Source of the DNA: the human T2T-CHM13v2.0 reference genome, Homo sapiens
Assembly: GCF_009914755.1 (NCBI RefSeq)
Contig: NC_060942.1
Reading direction: 5' to 3' (one strand)
DNA length: 64,000 bases
A program made the position numbers and the translations under genes. Under the pieces are notes generated by a model, which had not been told where the DNA came from, did no database searches, and was given only the letters and a program-made list of their open reading frames with translations. Below are positions 1 through 12,000 of the stretch, in pieces; position 1 is the stretch's first letter; each line of letters starts with the position of its first letter.

Positions 1-3000
1 GGAAAATCAAGAAGGCCTCGGATATTTGCATAAAAAGGATCCCAGTGCTAATGATTCAAAACAATGGGAAAAAGGCCTTGAAGGCATTTCAGAGACCTTT
101 GTAGAAGACCTTGTTGTCAAGGGCCCTAGGGCTTAGGAGAAAAGAATAGTTTCCTGGCCCAGCCCCATGGCTCCACTGCTGTGTACAGCCTCAGGACACT
201 GCTGCCTGCATCCCTGCAGCTCCATCTCCAGCTCCAGCTATGGATGAAAGATGCACAGGTACAGCTTGTGTCACTGCTTCAGAGGATGCAAGCTCCAAGC
301 CTTGGTGGCTTCCACATAGTGTCAAGCCAGCAGGTGCATAAAGCAGGGACTAGAAGCTTCAGAGCCTTCATCTAGACTGCAGAGGATATATTGGAAAGCC
401 TGAGTGTCCAGCCAGAAGCTTTTCCAAGAGGCAGAGCCTCATGGTAAAACTCTACTGGGGCAGTACAGAAGAATATAGGGTTGGAGTCCCCATACAGGGA
501 GGCACCATTTTCCAGACCCCAGTTTCATAGACCCACCAACTGCTTGCACCCTCAGTGTTGAAAAGCTACAGGCATTCAACACCAGGCTAGCCAATGAGGG
601 CAGCTGTGGGGGAAAGATTCTGCAATGCCACAGGGGCAGAGCTGCCCAAGGCCTTGGGATCCCAGCTGTCACACCACCCTGTGCTCTGGATGTGGACATA
701 GATTCCAAAAAGATGATTTGGAGCTATATGATGGAATGACTGGCCTGCTGGGTGTTTGACTTGCAGGGAGTTTCTAAGTCCCATCTGTGTTTTGTGCTTC
801 TTTCTGGCAAATTTCTTCTTTTTGGCTGGGAATGCTTACCCAATACCTGTACAACCATTGTACCTTGGAAGTGGTTAACTTGCTTTGTATTTCAGAGGCT
901 CGGGGCAAAAGATATGGCAGCCTTGTCTCAGAAGAGACTTTGGGCTTTGGATATTTGAGTAAATGCTGGGATGAGTTAAGACTTGGGGGACTGTAGGGAA
1001 GGCATCATTGCATTTTGCAATGTGAGAAAGACATGAACTTTGGGGGACCAGGGACAGAATAATATGTTTTGGCTCTGTGTCTCTACCAAAACTCATGTGG
1101 AATTTTAATGGGAAATGCTAAAGGTGGGGGCTGGTGGAAGGTGATTTAATCATGGTGGAGAGTGGAGGTTGGATGGTTGGGAGGGTGGGGAGTGTTGGGG
1201 GGATTGTGGGGTGGGGTGGGTTAGGGGGATTGTGGTGGTGGGGAGGTGGGGGATTGGGGGGTGGGAAGGCTTGGGGCAATTGTGGTGGGGTTGGGGGTGA
1301 AAGGCAGGGGTGGGGGCCGATCCTTCACAAATGGACATTTGAGTAAATGCTGGAATGAGTTCAGACATTGGGGGACTGTAGAGAATGCATCATTGTATTT
1401 TGCAGTATGAGAAGGATATGAGATTGGGGGGCCAAAGGGAGAATAATATGATTTGGCTCTGTGTCCCTACCAAAACACATGTGGGATTGTAATGGGGAAT
1501 GTTAAATGTGGGGCTTGGTAGAAGGTGATTTAATCATGGTAGAGAATGAGGATTGGAAGGCAGGTGTGGGAGAATGGAGGTTCATGGTGTGGGTGAGGGT
1601 GAAACATGGGGATGGGTGGTAGATCCTTCACAAATGGTTAAATACTATCTCCTTAATGCAGTCTGTGTGATAGTGAGTTCTCATGATAAATGAATGCTGT
1701 CCTGCTGGGTTTTGGACTCGGATTGGGCCTGTGTCCCATTTGTGTTATTTTTCTGGGAAAATCTTCCCTTTGGTTTGAGAAAGCTTACCCAGTGCCTGTG
1801 CCATCATTGTAACTTGAAAGAAAAGAATTGTCTTTTACATTCAGGAACTCATAGGCAGAAGAGATTGCAGCCTTCTCTTGGTTGAGACTTGAATTTACTA
1901 CATTTGAGTTACTGCTGGAGTGAGTTAAGACATTTTGAAACTTTTGAAAATGCATGTTTGTATTTTTTTGTGTGAGAAGGACATGAGATGTGGGGGTGTC
2001 AGGGTCAGAGTAATATGGTTTGGCTGTGTTTCCCTACAAATCTCATGGGGAATTGTAATCCTGACTGTTGTAGGTGGGGCCTAGTGGGAGGCGATTTAAC
2101 CACAAAGGGCAGAGTGGTAGGGGTGAAGAGAAAACAAGTGGGTAGGGTGGGGAGGAATAGGCTGGCAGTAGCGTGGTGAGAGGGTGGTGGACCGTAGGAA
2201 GGGGGAGTAGCCTGCTGCCGAGGCAGAGCTCATGGAAAACCTCTAAACAAGGGCAGTGCACCTGTGGCTTTGAAGGCTTTAGCCCCCATGTTTGCTCTCA
2301 TGGGTTGGGCTGGTGTTGAGTGCCTGTAGCTTTTCCATACTGAGAGTACAAGCTGCTGGTGGGTCTATGAATCTGGGGTCTGGAGGTTGGTGACCTCCTG
2401 TGTGGGGCCTCCAGGCCCATATATTTTTTCTGCACTGCCGTAGCAGAGGTTTTCCTAGTGGCTCTGCCTCTGCCTGAGGCTTCTGCCTGGAAACAGTGGG
2501 GGGTGGGGATGGTAGGGGGCAGATCTTTCACCAATGGTTAAGCAACATCTTCTTGATGCTGACCTTGTGATAGTGAGTTCTCAGGAAATCTGGTTGTATA
2601 ACAGGTTTATACAACATGTGACACCTTTTTCCTCTCTCTGTCTTGTTTCTACTTCTGCCATATAAAACATCCCATTACTGCTTGGTCTTCTGGTATGATT
2701 GGGAGGCTTCCTGAGTCCTCCCAGAGGCAGAAGCCTCTAGGAATTATTTAAAGCTTACAGAACCATGATCTAGTCCAACCTTTTTTCTTTCTGATTATAC
2801 AGAAATTTAGTGCTGTGAAGTGGAGCTATGAAATGCCTTCAAGGCCTTTTCCTTATTGTCTTGGTAATCAGCACTCAGCTTCTTTTCACAGAAATGTCTG
2901 AAGTCTGCATTAGTTTTTCTCCTGAAATGGACTTTTCTTCTTTTACCACATTGCCAGGCTGTGACAAATGTAGCTGAAAATGTAGAAGCAGGTTGAGAAG

Positions 3001-6000
3001 TGTGTAATGGCCAGAGGTTGGAGGGTTTGGAGGTCTTGGAAGAAGACAGGAAGATGAGGAAAAGTTTGGATCAGTGTAGAGACTTGTCAAATAGTTGTAA
3101 TTAAAAAGGTGACAGAAGGATGGACAGTGATCACCAGGCTTAGAAGGTCTCACATGAAAATGAGGAGCTTGCTGGGAACTGGAGCCAAGGTCACTTTTGT
3201 TTTTTCCTTAGCAAAGAACGTTGCTGCACGATGCCCTTAACGTGGAGACGTGTGAAATTTTGAACATCAGGGTGATAATTTAGAGTGTATCTGGTGGAAG
3301 GAAATTTTAGGCAGCAAAGCTTAAGAGGTGTCCTGTCTGTGTCGAACAGCCTGTGGTCGTATATGTGACCAGAGAAATGACCTCATGGTGAAACATATTT
3401 AAAAGTTTGGAAAATTTGCAGCCTGGACAAGTGGTCAAAAAAAAAGAAAAGCTGATTGTCAGTGAGAAAGTTCAAGAAGTCTTCAGAAATTTGCATAAAA
3501 TGGAGTTCAGTGCTAATAGCCAATACAGTGTTAAAAAGGCCCTGAAGGCATTTCAGAGACTTTTGTAGCAGCCCTTGCTATCACAGGCCCTGAGGCCTGG
3601 GAGAAAAGAATGGTTTCCTTCTCCAGCACCATGGCCCAGCTGCTGTGTCCATCCTCAGGACACTGCTGGCTGAATTCCTGAAGCTCCAGCTCCAGCCATG
3701 GCTGAAAGATGCACAGGTACAGCTTGGGTCACAGCTTCAGAGGGAGCAAGTTGCAGGCTTTGGTGCTTCCACGTAGTGTTAAGCCAGTAGGTGTGCAGAG
3801 CACAAAACTGGAGGCTGGGGATCCTTTGTCTAGACTCCAGAGTACATATGGAAAAACCTGGGTGTCCAGGTCAAAATTTTCCAAGACGCAGAGCCTCCTT
3901 TACTAGGGCAGTACAGAAGGAACATATAGGGTTGGAACTCCCATACAGGGAGGCACCATTCTGCAAATGCCAGATTCAGACTCTCTAACAGCTTGCACCC
4001 TCATTGTGGAAAAGCTGCAGGTACTCAACACCAGCCCAGCCCATGAGAGCCACTGTGGAGGTTAGACCTTGCAAAGCCACAGGTGCAGAGCTGCCCAAGG
4101 CCTTGGGAGCCCAGGCCTCATACCCTTGTGCTCTGGATGTGGGATCTGGATTAAAAAAAATGATTTGGAGCTGTAAGATTCAATGACTCTCCTGCTGGGT
4201 TTTTGACTTGCATGGTGTCTGTAAGTCTCAACTGTGTTTTGTGCTTCTTTCTGGCAATTTTTTTCCTTTTGGCTGGGAATATTTACCCAATGCCTGTACA
4301 ATCATTGTACCTTGGAAGTAGTTAACTTGCTTTGTATTTCAGAGGCTCATGGGCAGAAGGGACTGCAGCCTTGTCTCAGAAGAGACTTTGGGCTTTGGAC
4401 ATTTCAGTAAATGCTGGAATGAGTGAAGACATTGGGAAAGTGTAGAGAAGGCATCATTGTATTTTGTAGTGTGAGAAGATCGTGAGATATGGGGGCCAGG
4501 GTCATAATAATATGATTTGGTTCTGCATCCCTACCAAAATCATGTGGAATTATAATGGGGAATGTTAAAAATGGGACCTGGTGTGAGGTGATTTAATCAT
4601 GGAGAAGCATGGGGTTTGGAGGTAGGGGAGTGGGGTGAATAGGGGAGATTATTTTGTGGGTGGGAGTGAAAGATGAGGGTGGGGGGCAGATCTTTCACAA
4701 ATGGATAAACACACTCTCCTTAATGCTGTTCACCTGATAGTGAGTTCTCTTGATGATTTTGGAGCTGAGAGATTGAGTGAATACTGTCCTGCTGGGTTAT
4801 GGATTTGCATTGGGCCTGTGGGCCCATTTGTGTTATTTTTCTGGGAAATTTCTTCCCTTTGGACTGAGAAAGCTTACACAACGCCTGTACCATCATTGTA
4901 CCTTGTAAGAAAATAACTCCGTTTTAAATTCAGGGACTCATAAACAGAAAAGACTGTGGCGTGGTCTCAGATGAGACTGAATTTTTTACATTTGGAATGA
5001 GTTAAGATTTTGCAAACTTTTGAAAAGTCATGATGGTATTTTGCTCTGTGATAAGGACATGAGATTCTGGAATATCGGGGTCAGAATTACATGGTTTGCC
5101 TGAGTGTCCCTATGAAACTCATGTGGAATTGTAATCCCTAATGTTGAAGCAGGTGACTTAATTATGGACAGGAGGTTGTTGGCAGTGAAAGGTAAAAAGG
5201 ATGGGTAGGATTGGGAGGAGTGGGTTAGCAGTAGGGTGGTGGGAGGGTGGGGGGTAGTAGGAAGGGGGAGTAGACTGCTGCAGAGGCAAAGCCTCGTGGG
5301 AAACCTCTACTAGGGCAGTGCACCTGTGGCTTTGCAGGTTTTAACCCCTCCGCTGTTCTCGTGGGCTGGGCTGGTATTGAGGGCCTGTAGCTTTTCCACA
5401 CTAAGGGTGTGAGTTGTTGGTGGGTCTATGAATCTGGGATCTGGAAGTTGGTGGCCACATATGTGGGGGCTCCAAGCCCATATTTTCTTTCTGCACTTCC
5501 ATAATAGAGGTTTTCCAAGAGGCTCTGCATCTGAAGGAGGCTTCTGCCTGGAAACAGTGGGAGCTGGGGGTGGGGGGCCCATCCTTCACCAATGTTTAAG
5601 CACCATCTTCTAGATGCTGACCTTGTGATAATGAGTTCTCATGAGATCTGCTTGTAAAATGGGGCATGACAACTTTTTCCTTTCTCTGTCTTGCTCCTAC
5701 TCTTCCCGTATGAGACATCTCCTTGCCCCTTGACATTCTGGTATGATTGGGAGGCTTCCTGAGTCCTGTCAGATGCAGAAGCCACTATGCTTCCTTACAG
5801 CCTGCAGAATCATTACCCTATTAAACCTCTTTTCTTTATGATCATGGAGAAAATTATTACTGCAAAGTGGAACTGTTAAATGTCTTCAAGGCCTTCTCCC
5901 TAATGTCTTGGCAATCAGCAATGGGCTTCTTTTTATTCAAGTATCTGAAGCCTCCTTGAATTTTTCCCTGAAAATGGGCTTGTCTTCCTTTACCACATTG

Positions 6001-9000
6001 CCAGGGCATGGAAAAGATAGCTGATAATGTAGAAGCAGGTTCAGAAGGGGGTAGCAGATGGAGTTCGGGAGAGTTTGGAGGACTTCAAAGACAGGGAGAT
6101 GAGGGAAAGTTTGGATCTTTGTAAAGAGTTGTTAAATACTTGTGATCAGAAGGCTCACAGGAAAATAGACAGTAAGGATCAGATTCAGAAGCTCTCGGAT
6201 GAAAATGAGGAACTTACTGCAAACAGGAGCCAAGGTTACTTTTGTTTTGCTGTAGCAAAGAACGTGGATGCACAGTGACCCTGCCCTGGAGATCTGTGAA
6301 ACTTTGAACTTGAGGGTGATGACCTACTGCGTATCTGATGGAATGAACTTCTGGGTCGCAAAGCTGAAAGGGTGTCCTGTCTGTATCAAAAAGCCCGTGC
6401 CCTTATGTGTGACCGAGGAAATGACATCTGGATGGGTCTTACATTAAATCACTCCCAACTCTTATATTAAATGAGAAACAGAACTCAACAATTTGCAGCC
6501 TGGCCAAATGGTCAAAAAGAAAAGCTGATTTCCAGGGGAAAACTGAGGAAGGCTTCAGAAATTTGCATGAAAAGGAGCCCAGTGCTAATAGCCAAGACAA
6601 TAGGGAAAAGGCCTTGAAGCCATTTCAGAAACCTTTGCAGCAGCCCTTGCTATCATAGGCCCTGGGGCCTCGGAGAGAAGAATGGTTTCCTGGGCCAGTT
6701 GCATAACCCCTGTCTGTGTGCAGCCTCAGGACACTGCTGCCTGCATCCCTGCAGATCCAACTCCAGCCATAGCTGAAAGATGCACAGGTACAACTTGCAT
6801 CACTGCTTCAGGAGTGCAAGCTCCAAGCCTTGGTGGCTTCCACATAGTGTTAAGCCAGCAGCTGCACATAGGACAAAACTAGAGGCTTGGAAGCCTGCAT
6901 CTAGACTCCAGAGTATGTATGGAAAAACCTGGGTGTTCAGGCAGAACCTTTTCCAAGAGGCAGAGCCTCATGGGAAACCTTTACTAGGGCAGTACAGAAG
7001 GAGAATACAAGGCTGGAGTCCCTAAATATGGAGGCACCATTCTCCAGACCCCAGATTCATAGACCCACCAACAGCTGGCCTTTCCAACCTTAGTGTGGAA
7101 AAGCTACAGGCACTCAACACCAGCCCAGCCTGTGAGGGCACCCATGGGGGATAGACCCTGCACAGCCACAGGTGCAGAGCTGCCCAAGGCCTTGGGAGCC
7201 CAGCCATGACACGCCTGTGCTCTGGATGTGAGATGTCCATTCAGAAAAGATGATTTGGAGCTGTAGGATTCAATGACTGGCCTGCTGGGTTTTTGACTTG
7301 TATGGGGTCTGTAAATCCTTGGACATTTCAGTAAATGCTGGAATGAGTTAAGTCATTGGGGGACAGTAGAGAAGTCATCATTGTATTTTGCAGTGTGACA
7401 AGAATAGAAGATTTGGGGAGCAAGAGCCAGAATAATATGATTTGATTCTGTGTCTCTACCAATATTCATGTGGAATTGTAGTAGGGAATGTTAAAGGTGG
7501 GACCTGGTGGGAGGTGATTTAATCACGGAGAAGAGCGGGTGTTGGAGGTAGGGGTGTGGGGATAATGGGAGAGATTATTTTGTGGGTGGGAGTGAAAGAT
7601 GAGGGTGGGAGGGCAGATCCTTCACAAACGGGTAAACGCTATGTCCTTAATGCTGTCCGCATGATAGTGAGTTCCCTTGATGATTTTTGAGCTGTGAGAT
7701 TGAGTGAATACTGTCCTGCTGGGTTTTGGACTTGCATTTGGCCTGTGGTCCCAGTTGTGTTTTCTGCGAAATTTCTTCCCTTTGGATTGAGAAAGATTAC
7801 ACAACGCCTGTACCATCATTGTACCTTGAAAGAAAAGAAATCTCTTTTAAATTCAGGAACTCATAGGCAGAAGGGACAGTAGCCTTGTCTCAGATGAGAC
7901 TTTGAACTTTTTACACTTGGAATGAGTTAAGGCTGTTGGAACTTTTGAAAAGGCATGATTGTATTTTGCTCTGAGTTAAGGACATGAGATTCTGGAATAT
8001 CAGGGTCAGAATAATATGGTTTGGCTGTGTGTCCCTATAAAAATTCAGGTGGAATTGTAATTCCAAATGTTGAAGGTGGGGCCTGGGGGAGATGATTTAA
8101 TCATGGATTGGAGGTGGTTGGGGGTGGAAAGAAAAGGGTTGTGACCGCATGAGTTGTAGAGAAACGCCACACTATGAGACGACTTCAGGAGACCTTTATT
8201 GAGAGCAACTGAGAGACTGCTAGTGCTCAAAATTCTCTTGGCCCAGAAGAAGGGGCTAGATTTTCTTTTATACTTTGGTTTAGAGAGGGGAGGGGGAGCC
8301 TAGCTGAAGGAATCTCACAGCAGCAAAACAGGCAAAAAAGTTAAAAAGATAAATGGCTACAGGAAAACAAACCGTTCCAGGTGCAGGGGCTTTAAATCCA
8401 TCCAAAGGTGATAGATGTGGGGGCTTTGGGTGCTATCAACTGGACACAAATGCAGGGCTTTTGGGTACTATCAACCGGGTGAATTCCTGGGAACTGTGGA
8501 TATAGCTTGCCAGAGTATCTTATCAGTAATTGAATTCTTTGATGTGCTGGGAGTCAGCTTGCACAAGTTAAGTCCTTGAGGAAGAGGGGTGGGTAAGGGG
8601 CTGCAAGTGAAGGAGCCAAGATGGAGTCTGTCTGGCTCTCTCAGCTAAGGGAGAGTCGACCAGGTTAAAACAAGGTAGGGTATCACAAAAGCGTTGGTTA
8701 GGGTGGGGAGGAGTAGGCTGGCAGTAGAATGGTGGGAGGGTGGGGGATGGTAGGAATCGGGAGTAGCCTGCTGCAGAGGCAAAGCCTCATGGAAAACCTC
8801 TACTAGGGCAGTGCACCTGTGGCTTTGCAGGATTTAGCCCCTGCAGCTGCTCTCACGGGCTGGGCTGTTGTTGAGTGCCTGTCGCTTTTCCACAGAGAGT
8901 GTGAGCTGTTGGTAGGTCTATGAATCTGGGGTCTGGAGGTTGGTGGCCATCTGCATGGGGGCTTCAAGCCCATATTTTCCTTCCACACTTCCCTGGTAGA

Positions 9001-12000
9001 GGTTTTCCAAGAGGCTCTGCCTGTCCAGCAGGTTTCTGTTTGGAAACAGTGGGAGTTGAGGGTGGGTGGTTGTTCCTTCATCAATGTTTAAGCACCATCT
9101 TCATGATGCCGACCTTGTGATAGTGAGTTCTCATGAGATCTGGTTGTATAATAGGGTGTGGCCCTCTCTCCTCTGTCTGTCTTGTGCCTACGCCTGCCAC
9201 ATGAATCATCTCATCGCCCCTGGACATTCTGGTATGATTGGGAGGCTTCCTGAGTCCTCCCAGATTCAGAAGCCATTATGTTTCCTTATGGCCTGCAGAA
9301 TCATGAGCCAATTAAACTTCTTTTCTTTATGATCATAGAGAAAATTATTAGTGCAAAGTGGAACTATTAAATGTCATTGTCTTGCAAATCAGCACTCAGC
9401 TTCTTTTCATTCAAGTATGTGAAGGCTTCATGAATTTTCCCCCTGAAAATGGACTTGTTTTCCTTTACCACATTGCCAGGCTGTGGCAAAGATAGTGATA
9501 ATGTAGAAGCAGGTTCAGAAGGGAGTAGCGGACAGAGGTCGGGAGAGTTTGGAGGGCTTCAAAGACAAGAAGATGAATGAAAGTTTGGATCTTTGTAAAG
9601 AATTGTTAAACACTTGTGATCAGAAGGCTCACAGGAAAATGGTCAGTGAAAGCCCGACTTAGAAGGTCTCAGATGAAAATGAAGCACTTCCTGGGAACAG
9701 AAGTCAGGGTTACTTTTGTTACCTTAGCAAAGAACGTGGCTGCACGGTGACCTCGCCGTGGAGATCTCTGAAACTTTGAACATGAGGGTGATGATTTACT
9801 GAATATCTGGTGGAATGAACTGGGCAGCAAAGCTCAAGAGGTGTCCTGTCTGCATCGAACAGCCTGTGCTCTTATGTGTGATGGAGGAAATGACCTCTGG
9901 ATGAGACTTACAGTAAATGAGTCCCAACTCTTACATTACATGAGAAACAGAACTCAAAAGTTTGGAAAATTTGTAGCCTGGCCATGTGGTCAAAAAGAAA
10001 AGCTGATTTTCAGAGGGAAAATTGAGGAAGGCTTCAGAAACTTGCATGAAAAGGAGCCCAGTGCTATTAGACAAGACAATAGGGAAAAGGCCTTGAAGGA
10101 ATTTCAGAGACGTTTGCAGCAGCCCTTGCTGTTAGAGGCCCTGGGGCCTAGGAGAGAAGAATGGTTTCCTGGGCGAGTTCCATGACCCACCTCTGTGTGC
10201 AGCCTCAGGACACTGCTTCCTGCATCCCTGCAGCTCCAGCTCCAGCTCCAGCTCCAGCTCCAGCCATGACTGAAAGATGCACAGGTACAGCTTGGGTCAC
10301 TGCTATAGAGGGTGCCACCTAGAAGCCTTGGTAACTTCCTCATAATGTTCAGCCACTGGTGGACGGAGCATGAGAATAGAGGCTTGGGAACCTCTCTATA
10401 GATTTTAGATGTATGGAAATGCCTGGGTGTCCAGGCAAAAGCATCCCAAAAAGGCAGAGCCTTATATGAAACTTCTACTAGGGCAGTGCAGAAGGAAAAC
10501 ATGGGGTTGGAGCCTCCACACTGGAGGCCACCATCCTGCAGACCCCAGATTCATAGACCCCCAACAACTAGTATCCTTAGTGGGGAAAAGTCACAGTCAC
10601 TCAACACCAGCCGAGCCCCTGAGGGCAGCCGTGGGGCATAAACCCTTCAAAGCCACAGGTGCCAAGCTGCCCAAGGCCTTTGGAGCCCAGCCCTCACACC
10701 CCTGTGCCCTGGATGTGGGACAGGGTTTCAAAAAGGGTGGTTTTGGAGCTGTAGGATGGAATGACTGGCCTTCTGGGTTTGGAGTTTCATGGGGCAGGTA
10801 AGTCCTGTGTGTGTTTTGTTTTTTCTGGCAAAATTCTTCCTTTTGGCTGGGAATGCTTACCCAATGCCTGTACAAGCATTGTACCTTGGAAGTAGTTAGC
10901 TTGCTTTATATTTCAGAGGCCCATGGTCCTAAGCAACTGTCGCCTTGTGCCAGATGTGACTTTAAGCTTTGAACATGTGTATAAATGCTGTAATGATATA
11001 AGATTTTTGGAGACTGTAGGGAAGGCATCATTATATTTTGCAATGTGAGAAGGACATGAGATTTGGGGAGCCAGGGACAGAATAATAAAATTCAGCTCTG
11101 TGTCTCTACCAAAACTTATGTGGAATTGTCATCGGAATGTTAAAGGTGGTGCCTCGTGGAAGGTGATTTAATCAGGGTGGAGAGTGGGGGTTGGAAGATG
11201 GGGCATAGGGAGAATGGGTGATTTATGGTACGGGTAAGGAGTGAAAATTGGGGGTGGGGGGCGGATCCTTCACAAATAATTAAACACTCTCCTTATTGCT
11301 GTCTTTGTGATAGTGAGTTCTCTTCATGATTTTGGAGCTGTAAGGTTTAATGGGTACTGGACTTCTGGCTTTCGGACTTGTATTGGGTCTGTGGTCCCAT
11401 TTGTGTTTTCTTCCTGGGAAATTTCTTCCCTTTGGATTGAAAAAGCTCACCCAAAGCCTGTACCATTATTGTACCTTGAAAGAAAAGAACATCCTTTTAA
11501 ATTCAGAGACTCATAGGCAAAATGTGCTGTAGACTTGTCTCAGATGAGATGTTGATTTTTTTACATTTGAGTTAATGTTGGAATGAGTTAAGTCTTCGGA
11601 AACTTTTGAAAAGGCATGAATATATTTTGCTCTGTGAGAAAGGCATGAGACTGTGGGGATCAGCGTCAGAATAATATGATTTGGCTATGTTTCCTTACCA
11701 AAACTCATGTGAATTGTAATCCTTAATGTTGGAGGTGGGGCCTGGCTGGAGGTGATTTAATCATGGATGGGAGGGGGCCGGGGGTGCAAGGAAAAGAGGT
11801 GGGTAGGGTGAGAAGTAGGTTGTTAGTAGGGTGGTGAGAGGGTGGTGGGTAGCAGGAAGGGGATTAGCCTGCTGCAGAGGCAGAGGCTCATGGAAATTCT
11901 CTACTAGGGTAGAACACCTGTGGCTTTGCAGGGTGTAGCCCCTATGGATGCTCTCGTGGGCTGGGCTGGTGTTGAGTTCCTGTAGGTTTTCCACTCAGAG

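Noticed and set aside
1221-1226. ttaggg within a G-rich tract
   Set aside because: An isolated hexamer, not an interstitial telomeric array.
10231-10265. (CAGCTC)5 run, reminiscent of Ig switch-region GAGCT motifs and giving WSWSWS/PAPAPA peptides
   Set aside because: It is a small slippage expansion of a motif native to the monomer (4 units at 26555 and 45862), far too short for a switch region.
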